Positions 1 through 7,579 of a DNA stretch of 64,000 nucleotides are shown here, piece by piece. The notes under the pieces were generated by a model. That model made no database searches and had not been told where the DNA came from. It was given only the letters and a program-made list of their open reading frames with translations. Numbering within the stretch: the first letter of the stretch is position 1; each line of letters starts with the position of its first letter. Location: contig JAZDCZ010000085.1 of assembly GCA_036679605.1 (NCBI GenBank), positions 1-64,000 of the forward strand, in the 5' to 3' direction. The translations under genes and the position numbers were made by a program. The DNA comes from Gemmatimonadota bacterium (GTDB lineage: Bacteria; Gemmatimonadota; Gemmatimonadetes; Gemmatimonadales; GWC2-71-9).

Positions 1-363
1 CAGCAGCAGTGGCCGCGCCTGGCAAGCCCAGCCGCCTAACTGAGCCCGTGCAAACGGGGTCATGCGCTTGATTGGGAAGCCAGGCGTCGTGCCAGGTTAG
101 TATCTGGGACCGCTTTCAGATGAAGCGACCGGTCGATCTAAACGGCATCGCCCGGGTGAGCCCATAATGGTGTCTGGACGCCACTGTAGATGGTGCATCC
201 GAGTCGATACTACCGGCAGTCGCCACGCGGGAAGCTGCAGCAGGAAATAACTGACAGCAAACGCCATGCGGCGAACCAAGGTCCGCCGCTAGGGAGACCA
301 TACCCCTCTTGACAAGAAACTTCTTAATGGTGTTAGGCGCCAGTCACCGGATGCTCGATGCTC

Positions 364-1782
364 GAGCTATTTTCAAAAGTTGTGGATTGGTGGAATGAGA
401 AGGGCGGCGTATCCTTTCGTGTAGCTGTATAAACACGAGACCCGGTAGAGGCCGGGGAAAGGAGACGCCACCCATGCTGAGGATAACTGGAGATGCTGTT
501 GAAGGCAAAGGATCTGGTAGTGAGATGGGTCTGGATGACCTGGCTCGAGAAGGAGCTCGTCGGATGCTGGTAGAGGCATTGGAGTTAGAGGTAGCCGAGT
601 ACATTGAACGGCACGCTGGTGAGCGTGATGAAGATGGCCGGGCCCAGGTGGTTCGTAACGGGAAGTCCCGGGCTCGGAAGGTGACTGTGGGATCTGGTAC
701 GCTCGAGGTGAGGTCGCCGCGTGTAAACGATCGGCGGGTAGATGCTGAGGGTGATCGACAGCGGTTCACGAGTATGATTTTGCCGCCGTACATGAGGCGC
801 TCACCGAAGGTATCAGAGGTGTTGCCGGTGTTGTATCTGCGGGGATTGTCGACGGGTGATTTTCGGCCTGCGTTGCGGGTGTTGTTGGGCAAGGATGCGG
901 CCGGCTTGTCAGCTGCGACGATCACACGGTTGACGGCAGCGTGGGAGGGTGAGTACCAGGCGTTTCGCCGGCGTGATCTTAGTGACCGGGACTATGTGTA
1001 TGTGTGGGTAGACGGTATTCATTTCAACATTCGTCTTGAGGAGGATCGGTTGTGCACGCTGGTGCTGCTGGGCGCGAAGTCAGACGGTAGTAAGGAACTG
1101 ATTGCCGTGGAGGACGGGTACCGTGAGAGTACTGAGAGCTGGCTCGGTGTGCTGCGGGATTTGAAGCGTCGTGGAATGAGGGCTCCGGTGTTGGCGATCG
1201 GTGACGGTGCGTTGGGATTTTGGGCCGCTGTGCGTGAGGTGTGGCCCGAGACGAGGGAGCAGCGGGACTGGGTGCATCGGCTAGGGAATGTGTTGGACAA
1301 GCTGCCCAAGCGGCTACAGGCCAAGGCGAAGCGAGCGTTGCGGGAGATCATGTACGCCGATAGCCGTGAGGATGCCGAGAATCTGATGGAGCGGTTTGGT
1401 TGTGAGTATGAGGAGAAGTATCCCAGGGCCGTGACGTCTCTCGTGCGGGACCGGGAGAAGCTGCTGACGTTCTTTGATTTCCCTGGTGCTCACTGGCAAC
1501 ACATTCGTACGACGAACCCGATCGAGTCGGCATTTTCGACTGTTCGGTTACGGCAGCGGGTAACCAAGGGAGCGGGCACACGGACCAAAGGTCTGACGAT
1601 GGCGTTCAAGCTGTTGGCGATGGCGCAAGAACGCTGGCGCAGTCTCAGGTCACCACATCTCGTTTCCCTCGTCCGAGCTGGAGTGACTTTTACAAACGGA
1701 ATTCAGGTGGAACAGAGTAAAACTACGGATCGAAAGGTCGCCGCTTGATCATCCCTCGATCCACAACATTTGACAATACCTC
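364..1782 (+). mobile_element. IS256-family insertion sequence
   Basis: 26-bp imperfect terminal inverted repeats: left GAGCTATTTTCAAAAGTTGTGGATTG (364-389), right reverse-complement GAGGTATTGTCAAATGTTGTGGATCG (1757-1782), 22/26 identical. Single transposase inside. CGGATGCTC occurs at 348-356 and 1783-1791. Confidence 0.93.
474..1748 (+). CDS. IS256 (Mutator) family DDE transposase
   Basis: 424 aa with YVWVDGI, LAIGDGALGF, QRDWVH and RTTNPIESAF motifs typical of IS256 transposases; GGAG RBS upstream. Confidence 0.95.
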   Translation: MLRITGDAVEGKGSGSEMGLDDLAREGARRMLVEALELEVAEYIERHAGERDEDGRAQVVRNGKSRARKVTVGSGTLEVRSPRVNDRRVDAEGDRQRFTSMILPPYMRRSPKVSEVLPVLYLRGLSTGDFRPALRVLLGKDAAGLSAATITRLTAAWEGEYQAFRRRDLSDRDYVYVWVDGIHFNIRLEEDRLCTLVLLGAKSDGSKELIAVEDGYRESTESWLGVLRDLKRRGMRAPVLAIGDGALGFWAAVREVWPETREQRDWVHRLGNVLDKLPKRLQAKAKRALREIMYADSREDAENLMERFGCEYEEKYPRAVTSLVRDREKLLTFFDFPGAHWQHIRTTNPIESAFSTVRLRQRVTKGAGTRTKGLTMAFKLLAMAQERWRSLRSPHLVSLVRAGVTFTNGIQVEQSKTTDRKVAA

Positions 1783-2982
1783 CGGATGCTCGCCGGTTTC
1801 TCTACTGAACGGTTTAAACCCAAGCATTACGTACGTGTTGGGAACGTACCCGCCGACCACGCGGCGGATAAGATCCATCGACACTAGCGCGTTAACATCT
1901 CGGCTGATGGTTTTGATGGTTTTGGCAGCGTAATGACGGGCCATTCGTGGACTGACCTCAAACATATCCGCTTTCTTTTTCGGTTCGCGCACGCTAGTAA
2001 GGTCTAACACGAGATCACGTTGGCGCGTCTTTGCCTCAGAACGTTTCAGATCCCGAAAATGCTCCAAAACATAACTTTGCCACGCAACCTCAAGGTGTTC
2101 TCGCTGAATCATTTGCAGCTGAACATTTAACCCATCGACTAGACCTTGGAGTGCGTAAAGGAGAAATCCGAAAACGTCGCCACCTGTCTTGCTCGTCCTG
2201 TCGAGATGACGGTAGTAGTCCGTGCGGGTCTGGTTGTAGTGATTGCTGAGGAGGTGAGCAACCGGTGAAGGAACCCCAGCTGCTGCCAAGATCAAGAATT
2301 CTACCAGCCGCGCAGTACGGCCGTTCCCGTCACCGAAGGGGTGAATCCACGCCACGTAGAGGTGAGCCAAGACAGCCTTGAGAATTGCATGATGGATATC
2401 AGTACGATGCGACCAATCTGGCCACAGATTCGGCCCCAATTCGTCCAACCATCCGGCCAGCCGATCAAGTAGGTATTCGCAATCCTCACGAGGTGCGCCT
2501 TTGTAAACGCCACCAACCACGACTGCGTGTTCGGAAACGGCACCTGGCACGACTTCCTCACCAAGATTTGGCAACTCCGCTAGGACCTGCGCGTTGAAAT
2601 CCTTAAAGAGTGCCGATGACAGCGGTGGGACCTGACTGCTGATAATTTGGTTCCAAATCTTGGTGCAAGCGTCGATGATGTTTTTTGTTTCTTGCTTCAA
2701 GTACTCCTGGGATGGTTGCACATCCAATTGATTGTCCAACTGCAGAAGGATCTGGTCTTCACTTAGCGTGTTGCCCTCAATGGCCGTCGTAGCCATGACA
2801 CCTTTGGCGAAAAACAAGCGGTGCATCTGCGCCGACACAAAGGGGCGGACAGGGGCAGCGCCAACGCGCTCAATCATTGCGGCAGCTTCACCGAATAAAA
2901 CCCAAAGCTGCGCGGGCGCCGACCGCAGATCCACCTCGAACTTGATCCAGGGATGCGTCGTTTCGTACTTCCTGCCGTGCAT
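1723..2982 (-). CDS. Fic-domain protein (AMP-transferase type) with probable C-terminal HTH; last 19 aa supplied by the IS
   Basis: HPFGDGNGRTAR Fic motif and N-terminal TTAIEGN motif; reading frame runs into the IS right end after ...ETGEHP. Confidence 0.9.
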   Translation of the reverse strand: MHGRKYETTHPWIKFEVDLRSAPAQLWVLFGEAAAMIERVGAAPVRPFVSAQMHRLFFAKGVMATTAIEGNTLSEDQILLQLDNQLDVQPSQEYLKQETKNIIDACTKIWNQIISSQVPPLSSALFKDFNAQVLAELPNLGEEVVPGAVSEHAVVVGGVYKGAPREDCEYLLDRLAGWLDELGPNLWPDWSHRTDIHHAILKAVLAHLYVAWIHPFGDGNGRTARLVEFLILAAAGVPSPVAHLLSNHYNQTRTDYYRHLDRTSKTGGDVFGFLLYALQGLVDGLNVQLQMIQREHLEVAWQSYVLEHFRDLKRSEAKTRQRDLVLDLTSVREPKKKADMFEVSPRMARHYAAKTIKTISRDVNALVSMDLIRRVVGGYVPNTYVMLGFKPFSRETGEHPEVLSNVVDRGMIKRRPFDP

Positions 2983-3168
2983 TGCACCTCAAAAGGCTGA
3001 AGTATGTCCTATTTATTTACTCTTGAAGTCATTATATCCCATACATATAGGAGATTGTAGCGCTCTATTTGTCCGTTGTTATGGACCGGAAAATGGCACC
3101 CAGTACGTCCCGATGCAAGGCTTGTTGGGGCTGGGGGTGCTTTTAAGAAGGAGGGAGTGGTGAATGGC

Positions 3169-3269
3169 GTCCAACGTCTCGCGATTCTGCTGCGCGACCA
3201 ACATGCGGGCCGCAAGCGAAGCGCGCGACCCTCAAAGTCTTCCGCGACTGCAGCAATCGCTTGTTATGC
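3169..3269 (-). other. attC-like integron cassette recombination site (#1)
   Basis: Minus strand starts GCATAAC just after the doc stop codon and ends GTTGGAC; arms GCGATT-CTGC / GCAG-C-AATCGC with one extrahelical C on the + strand. Confidence 0.8.
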
Positions 3270-3279
3270 AGCCCGCGAA

Positions 3280-3669
3280 CTATCGAATCGAATGGACATG
3301 CTTTTCGATCCATTCCTGGAACTCCTCCCGGGTTCTCTGGCCCGCGGCTACGGCGAGGATCTCGGCTTCGGCCTCGTCGACTTCGGCCTCGAGTTCAAAG
3401 CCATTCAGCATGAGAACAGCCTCGGCCGCAGCGTGGCCGACTCTCTTGTTTCCGTCGATGAAGGGATGATTCATGATCAGTGAAAAACCCAAGGCCGCGG
3501 CCTTGGACGGAAGGCTGGGATACAGATCCTCACCGCCGAATGTCTGGCGGGGTTGGCCCAGTGCGGATTCCAGCATTCCGAGATCCCGCAATCGGTCGGA
3601 GCCCCCGGATTCTGCGATGATGAGAGCGTGAAGCTTGAGGACCTCAGCCAAACTGAGGTATCGCGTCAC
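3280..3669 (-). CDS. doc: Doc (death-on-curing) / Fic-family type II toxin
   Basis: 129 aa, HPFIDGNKR motif, LRDLGMLESALGQP segment; start overlaps the upstream antitoxin stop (GTGA). Confidence 0.9.
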   Translation of the reverse strand: MTRYLSLAEVLKLHALIIAESGGSDRLRDLGMLESALGQPRQTFGGEDLYPSLPSKAAALGFSLIMNHPFIDGNKRVGHAAAEAVLMLNGFELEAEVDEAEAEILAVAAGQRTREEFQEWIEKHVHSIR

Positions 3670-3860
3670 CCGAGGCGCTCGTAGAGTTCCCTATTCTTCT
3701 CCAGAAGCCTCGAGGCTACACGGTCGAAGTCCTCTTCTGGCTGGGCGACGAGTTCGCGGACTGCCGCCTCGGCAAGAGATTCGGCCGGCACGTTGAGTCG
3801 CCCCGCTATCTCGGCGAGTCGCTGCTCCTGGGCCTCAGAAAGTTCAATGGCAAGTTTCAT
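3666..3860 (-). CDS. Putative antitoxin for Doc (RHH-like)
   Basis: 64 aa from ATG 3860 (MKLAIELS...KNRELYERLG) with GGAG RBS; directly upstream of and coupled to doc. Confidence 0.8.
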   Translation of the reverse strand: MKLAIELSEAQEQRLAEIAGRLNVPAESLAEAAVRELVAQPEEDFDRVASRLLEKNRELYERLG

Positions 3861-3919
3861 GACTTCTCCCTTCCTCACAAAGCTACCCAGGTTCCGCACG
3901 TACGACTAATGCAAGAGCT

Positions 3920-4049
3920 ACATAACGGCTCTGCAAATATGCTTCGGCGCCCACACTCGGTTCTTCGTCATTCTATTAACCTTCCGTTTCCAAAAGCGCC
4001 ACAAAACCTTACGGACCACTTGCGCCGATGCATCATTTGCTTGTTAGGA
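3920..4049 (-). other. attC-like site (#2)
   Basis: Minus strand TCCTAAC...GTTATGT; arms GCAAAT-ATGC / GCAT-C-ATTTGC with extrahelical C. Confidence 0.8.
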
Positions 4050-4058
4050 CCACATCCT

Positions 4059-4248
4059 TTACTTCCCGAGTTCAGGAACGGAAAGATCCTTGCAGATCTT
4101 GCGGCACAAACGATCTACTATCTCTGTGTCTCGGTACTGCTTCGACAGCACCGGTCTGCGGATTGCACCAGAGTGAATGGGAACGACCTTCACGTTTGAG
4201 GTGGCACCCATGACGGCGGAGGTGTTTGAGAAGTGCCGTTCGCTTCAA
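4059..4248 (-). pseudogene. hicA: HicA-family toxin, frameshifted (2-bp deletion)
   Basis: TTG start overlaps the hicB stop: MKRTALLKHLRRHGCHLKREGRSHSLWCNPQTGAVEAVPRH. The HicA-like tail EIVDRLCRKICKDLSVPELGK* continues in another frame. Span is 190 nt (192 minus 2). Confidence 0.8.
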
Positions 4249-4463
4249 CGGTTAACGGTGACGGTTTTCCGGTCCACTCCTTCGGGAACGCCACGCAAAC
4301 CGTCGTCTCTACGATCGTCAAGGATCAAGGCGATCGCTTCGGCCAAGTTTTCGGTGGCTTCGTTCTTCGTCTTGCCCTGACCGTTGGCACCAGGAATTTC
4401 TGGACAATAAGCAATAAACCAATCGTTGTCCTGCTCGATGATCGCGGTGAACTCGTTTCGCAT
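4245..4463 (-). CDS. hicB: HicB-family antitoxin (short form)
   Basis: 72 aa, FIAYCPEIPGANGQGKTKNEATENLAEAI typical of HicB-like RNase H fold; GAGG RBS. Confidence 0.88.
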   Translation of the reverse strand: MRNEFTAIIEQDNDWFIAYCPEIPGANGQGKTKNEATENLAEAIALILDDRRDDGLRGVPEGVDRKTVTVNR

Positions 4464-4513
4464 ATCTACCTCGGTGCTCGGAACACCTTAAGATAGCTCA
4501 AAAGCGTGATGCG

Positions 4514-4648
4514 GCCTAACGTCATTGCAAATATGCTGCACCGCTCTCTTCACCAGATTCTTCATACTCATAGGTTGCTTCCGTCACTCACCATGAAGCC
4601 ATGTCTAGAACGCTCGCGGCGGCGTCACGTATCATTTGCTAGTTAGGT
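4514..4648 (-). other. attC-like site (#3)
   Basis: Minus strand ACCTAAC (contains the TAA stop of 4643..4885)...GTTAGGC; arms GCAAAT-AT / AT-C-ATTTGC, same family as #2. Confidence 0.82.
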
Positions 4649-4885
4649 GTCCAACTCGTCTCCCCGGATCGGCGCCCTATCTCGAACCCGGTTTAACACT
4701 CGGTCAAACTTGCGACGTGATCGGCGCTTGGCGCGGGCACCAAGATACTCCTCGGTCAGTAACGCTGAGAGCTTCTCCGCAAGGGCAGTGGTTATGAACT
4801 GATTGATCGAAATATCCTCATCTTTGGCAATGTTCCGAACGCGCTCGTGTAGCGATTCTGGTAACCGTAAGCTGATGGTACTCAT
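4643..4885 (-). CDS. RHH 'HicB-like' antitoxin without an intact partner toxin
   Basis: MSTISLRLPESLHERV...ISINQFITTALAEKLSAL ribbon-helix-helix pattern; stop codon lies inside attC #3. Confidence 0.8.
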   Translation of the reverse strand: MSTISLRLPESLHERVRNIAKDEDISINQFITTALAEKLSALLTEEYLGARAKRRSRRKFDRVLNRVRDRAPIRGDELDT

Positions 4886-4981
4886 TTGGACCTCTCAATC
4901 AAATTCAAAAACTGTAAGCGCACCAGAGCGCCCACCAGCAGCAATGTTTGTAGGGTAGCGACAATGCCACAACACGCTCAG

Positions 4982-5509
4982 CTACCAGCCTTCCCGCTCC
5001 CGCAACGTCGTGATGTGCGCCACGTGATGCTTGCCGTGCCATGCGTAAAAGGCTAACAGCTCATCCACCCTCATTTCGCCGAGATCGGGATGCCGAAACC
5101 GCCGAACCCAATCATCGTCTGCCAGGCCCTGCCAAAGATAGACCCATCGCTCGTGAAGGCGCTCGAGGAGCGCCATCGATCCGTCGATGGGCGCTGCCGC
5201 ATCTGGGAGTTCCGCCCACGCCACCTCATCGTAGGTCCGAACTGTAGGAACGTACTCCGTCAAGGCGCGTTTCAGGCGGACGTAGCTGTTCATGTGGCTA
5301 TCAGGCAGATGATGCACAACCTGCCGCACCGACCAGCCATCGGGACGATAGGGTGTATCCAACTGACTTTCCGATAGACCCGCGACGGCCGTCCGGAGGC
5401 GCCGAGGTGTATCCTCGATATCTCGGATCGCAACCGGGCGGTCGGTTAGCGACAGCTTGGCCGGCAGCGTGAACGCGCCTATGGGGTAGCGGAGGTCAGT
5501 CATATTCAT
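4982..5509 (-). CDS. YfiT/BstA-like DinB-family metal-dependent thiol transferase/hydrolase
   Basis: DLRYPIG start, DTPYRPDGWSVRQVVHHLPDSH and YAWHGKHHVAHI metal-binding histidines. Confidence 0.88.
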   Translation of the reverse strand: MNMTDLRYPIGAFTLPAKLSLTDRPVAIRDIEDTPRRLRTAVAGLSESQLDTPYRPDGWSVRQVVHHLPDSHMNSYVRLKRALTEYVPTVRTYDEVAWAELPDAAAPIDGSMALLERLHERWVYLWQGLADDDWVRRFRHPDLGEMRVDELLAFYAWHGKHHVAHITTLREREGW

Positions 5510-5525
5510 CGCGGTTCATGTTGCC

Positions 5526-5686
5526 GTCTAACGGATCGGCCAATCACCTGCGGGCGACCCACCACCAGGCGAGCAGCCGCAGGCTGCTATCAATGACCGA
5601 ACATGCACGATCGTTCGTTGGCGCACAAACGCATTGGCTTCCTTAACGAGCGAACGCTTCCCGGCAGGTGCATTTGCGGGTTAGAC
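5526..5686 (-). other. attC-like site (#4)
   Basis: Minus strand GTCTAAC (contains the TAA stop of 5681..6163)...GTTAGAC; arms AAT-CACCTGC / GCAGGTG-C-ATT with extrahelical C. Confidence 0.82.
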
Positions 5687-6163
5687 AGCGGCCTTATGTG
5701 CCGAATAGTGCAACTCCAGTCGCTCAGCAAATTGTCGAATTTGTTCCTCTGGCACTGTGCCGGTTACCCACAGAGTGTCGTCAAACGCATCGTACCATTC
5801 AAGTACGTGCTCAGTGTCCTGATAGACCTGCATGTGATCGCAATACTCAGGTTCGGCATGGGACTCAGCGAGCTCAGCGAGTAGCTGGAGAGTGTCTGGA
5901 TTAAATGGCACCTGAAACATCTGTGCTCTTGGCCAGCTGGTACCGCGCGGCGGTTCTATACTCGATTTCTGGATAAGCGGCTTCAGAACGTTTTCGACGC
6001 TCAAAGGCGGCGAACCAACTTCCAGAAACAGCATCGTTGCACCGGGTAGGAGCGAGCCGACTTCTCGGAAGAACCGGACACTGTCGGGACGTCCGCGGAC
6101 TTGCCAGCAATCGGATTCGCTGAGGAGTAGATCTCTAGGTCTCTCGCTCATTGGAGATGCCAA
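5681..6163 (-). CDS. Hypothetical cassette-encoded protein
   Basis: ORF fills the space between the 6171-6177 core site and attC #4; start may be ATG 6151. No recognised motif. Confidence 0.7.
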   Translation of the reverse strand: MASPMSERPRDLLLSESDCWQVRGRPDSVRFFREVGSLLPGATMLFLEVGSPPLSVENVLKPLIQKSSIEPPRGTSWPRAQMFQVPFNPDTLQLLAELAESHAEPEYCDHMQVYQDTEHVLEWYDAFDDTLWVTGTVPEEQIRQFAERLELHYSAHKAAV

Positions 6164-6164
6164 T

Positions 6165-6207
6165 GCCGCTGTCTAACTACTGAGTATGCAGACCGACATA
6201 ACTGCAT
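6165..6207 (-). other. attI-like site at the head of the cassette array
   Basis: Core GTTAGAC (minus strand, 6177-6171) with no attC-type partner arm; second directly oriented heptamer GTTATGT at 6202-6196; local inverted repeat TATGCAG/CTGCATA. Confidence 0.5.
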
Positions 6208-6228
6208 ATCTTACCTCCCGCCGAGACG

Positions 6229-6257
6229 AGAGTAACATATCATGTTCCCCCTGTCGA
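6229..6257 (-). promoter_or_regulatory. Sigma70-type promoter pointing into the cassette array (Pc-like)
   Basis: Minus strand TCGACA-17 nt-TACTCT with an extended -10 TG. Confidence 0.5.
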
Positions 6258-6393
6258 ACATGATGAGAGACCTACCTTCTTCAACCAGGTAGTCCGCGGG
6301 CTGCGCACACCGAGCTCAGTCCGCGTCGATACTGGCCGCATCCGCCACAACTGCCCTGGCGTCCACATCGCGCATACCACTACGTTGCTCCCA

Positions 6394-6921
6394 ATGGCAG
6401 ACGTGATACACTTCGAATACAGACGCCCGGGCAAAGGTGTAGTGACTTACGAGGAGTTACTCGTCCTGGATCGGCCGGACGTCAAGGTACTGCTGCAAGA
6501 GCGGTACGACGGGGAAGACATAAACATCAAAGGTTCGTGCATCCTGAATTCGGGGGCACCTATCATTTGGTATGTATTCCCGGAATCATGGCATAGTGTC
6601 GGCCGGTTCCACCTGCGCGAAGGCACGCTGACCGGGTGGTATACCAATCTCTGCAAACCCATCGAGTTCCACGATGATACCTGGATCGGGAACGATCTCT
6701 TTCTCGACCTGTGGCAACCGGTAGACGGAGAGCCCGTGTGGCTGGACGAAGATGAGTTCGACCACGCAACGAAGACCAAACTACTGGACGGCGCCACCGC
6801 GAAACGAGTTCAAAATGAGCGAACTTTGATCGAGTTCCAGTTGGGACAGCATTCCTGGCCGCCATCCATAGCAATGGATATCGACTTGAGTCATGTCAGG
6901 AGTTTGCTCGAACTGAGTTGA
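6394..6921 (+). CDS. DUF402-domain protein
   Basis: GWYTNL...DLFLDLW...WLDEDEF motifs typical of DUF402; ATG 6394 chosen over TTG 6385. Confidence 0.8.
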   Translation: MADVIHFEYRRPGKGVVTYEELLVLDRPDVKVLLQERYDGEDINIKGSCILNSGAPIIWYVFPESWHSVGRFHLREGTLTGWYTNLCKPIEFHDDTWIGNDLFLDLWQPVDGEPVWLDEDEFDHATKTKLLDGATAKRVQNERTLIEFQLGQHSWPPSIAMDIDLSHVRSLLELS

Positions 6922-7085
6922 CCCGTGCAACGACAGGTGAGTGAGCGAGGCCCACCGCGAATTGACGAGGACCCACGGCGGCCGTGTACGGGCCGGAGAT
7001 TCCTTCGTCCTAGCTACCGGCCGTTATGTGAATAGAGACTGTGAAAGTAATCTCGGCCTAACATGATGCAGACAGGAGGTCACAC

Positions 7086-7424
7086 ATGCTGAAGGTTGTC
7101 GGTATTGGCGCCACTCTTGGGTTTCTTGGAGCCGTTGGCATCTACTTCGCTCCAGAAGAGCCCTACCCCGGATACATTACGCTGGCCGGAACGCTCTTCG
7201 GGGTCACCCTCGCGTTGCTGATCACCACCGTGGTCACACGCAACTCTTCCCTTGGCCAATGCCTTGGATGGGGTGCGGCCATGGGCCTGTTGTCATCGGC
7301 CACAGTCTTCCTAGCAAAGGGCGGGTGGACGAGTTGGGATGCTCCCTTCGTAGTGCCAACGGGAATCGTGACTGGCGTTATCCTAGGCCCTGCGATCCGG
7401 TGGCTGTATCGTAGAACCACCTGA
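7086..7424 (+). CDS. Small membrane protein (about 4 TM)
   Basis: 112 aa, four hydrophobic Gly-rich segments; strong AGGAGGT RBS. Confidence 0.8.
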   Translation: MLKVVGIGATLGFLGAVGIYFAPEEPYPGYITLAGTLFGVTLALLITTVVTRNSSLGQCLGWGAAMGLLSSATVFLAKGGWTSWDAPFVVPTGIVTGVILGPAIRWLYRRTT

Positions 7425-7579
7425 CACCTATTAGCTCCCTGTGAAGCAGGCTCGGGAGCACCCATCATTTGGTACGTATTGAGTTGACCCGCAGGAAATC
7501 GATTGCGTCTGCACTTTTTTGAGTAGGTAGTCCACTTTAGAATAGTCTACCGTGAACCGGTCATCACCGAGATCGGTTC

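Noticed and set aside
34..102. Possible fifth attC (GCCTAAC at 34-40, GTTAGTA at 96-102; ORF 97..279 stops inside the latter)
   Set aside because: No complementary arms or extrahelical base like the other four sites; at the window edge, so context is missing.
97..301. Short minus-strand ORFs 97..279 and 116..301
   Set aside because: No recognisable motif and they overlap each other; cannot tell a gene remnant from noise.
3169..5686. Recurring GCAAATATGC/ATTTGC elements read as a CRISPR or REP array
   Set aside because: They are spaced by whole genes, vary in sequence and have attC architecture; no cas genes present.
38..6930. AACTGAG-CCCGTGCAA (38-53) vs AACTGAG-TTGA-CCCGTGCAA (6911-6930) as island boundary repeats
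   Set aside because: Short gapped match that is plausible by chance; no integrase or tRNA target supports it.
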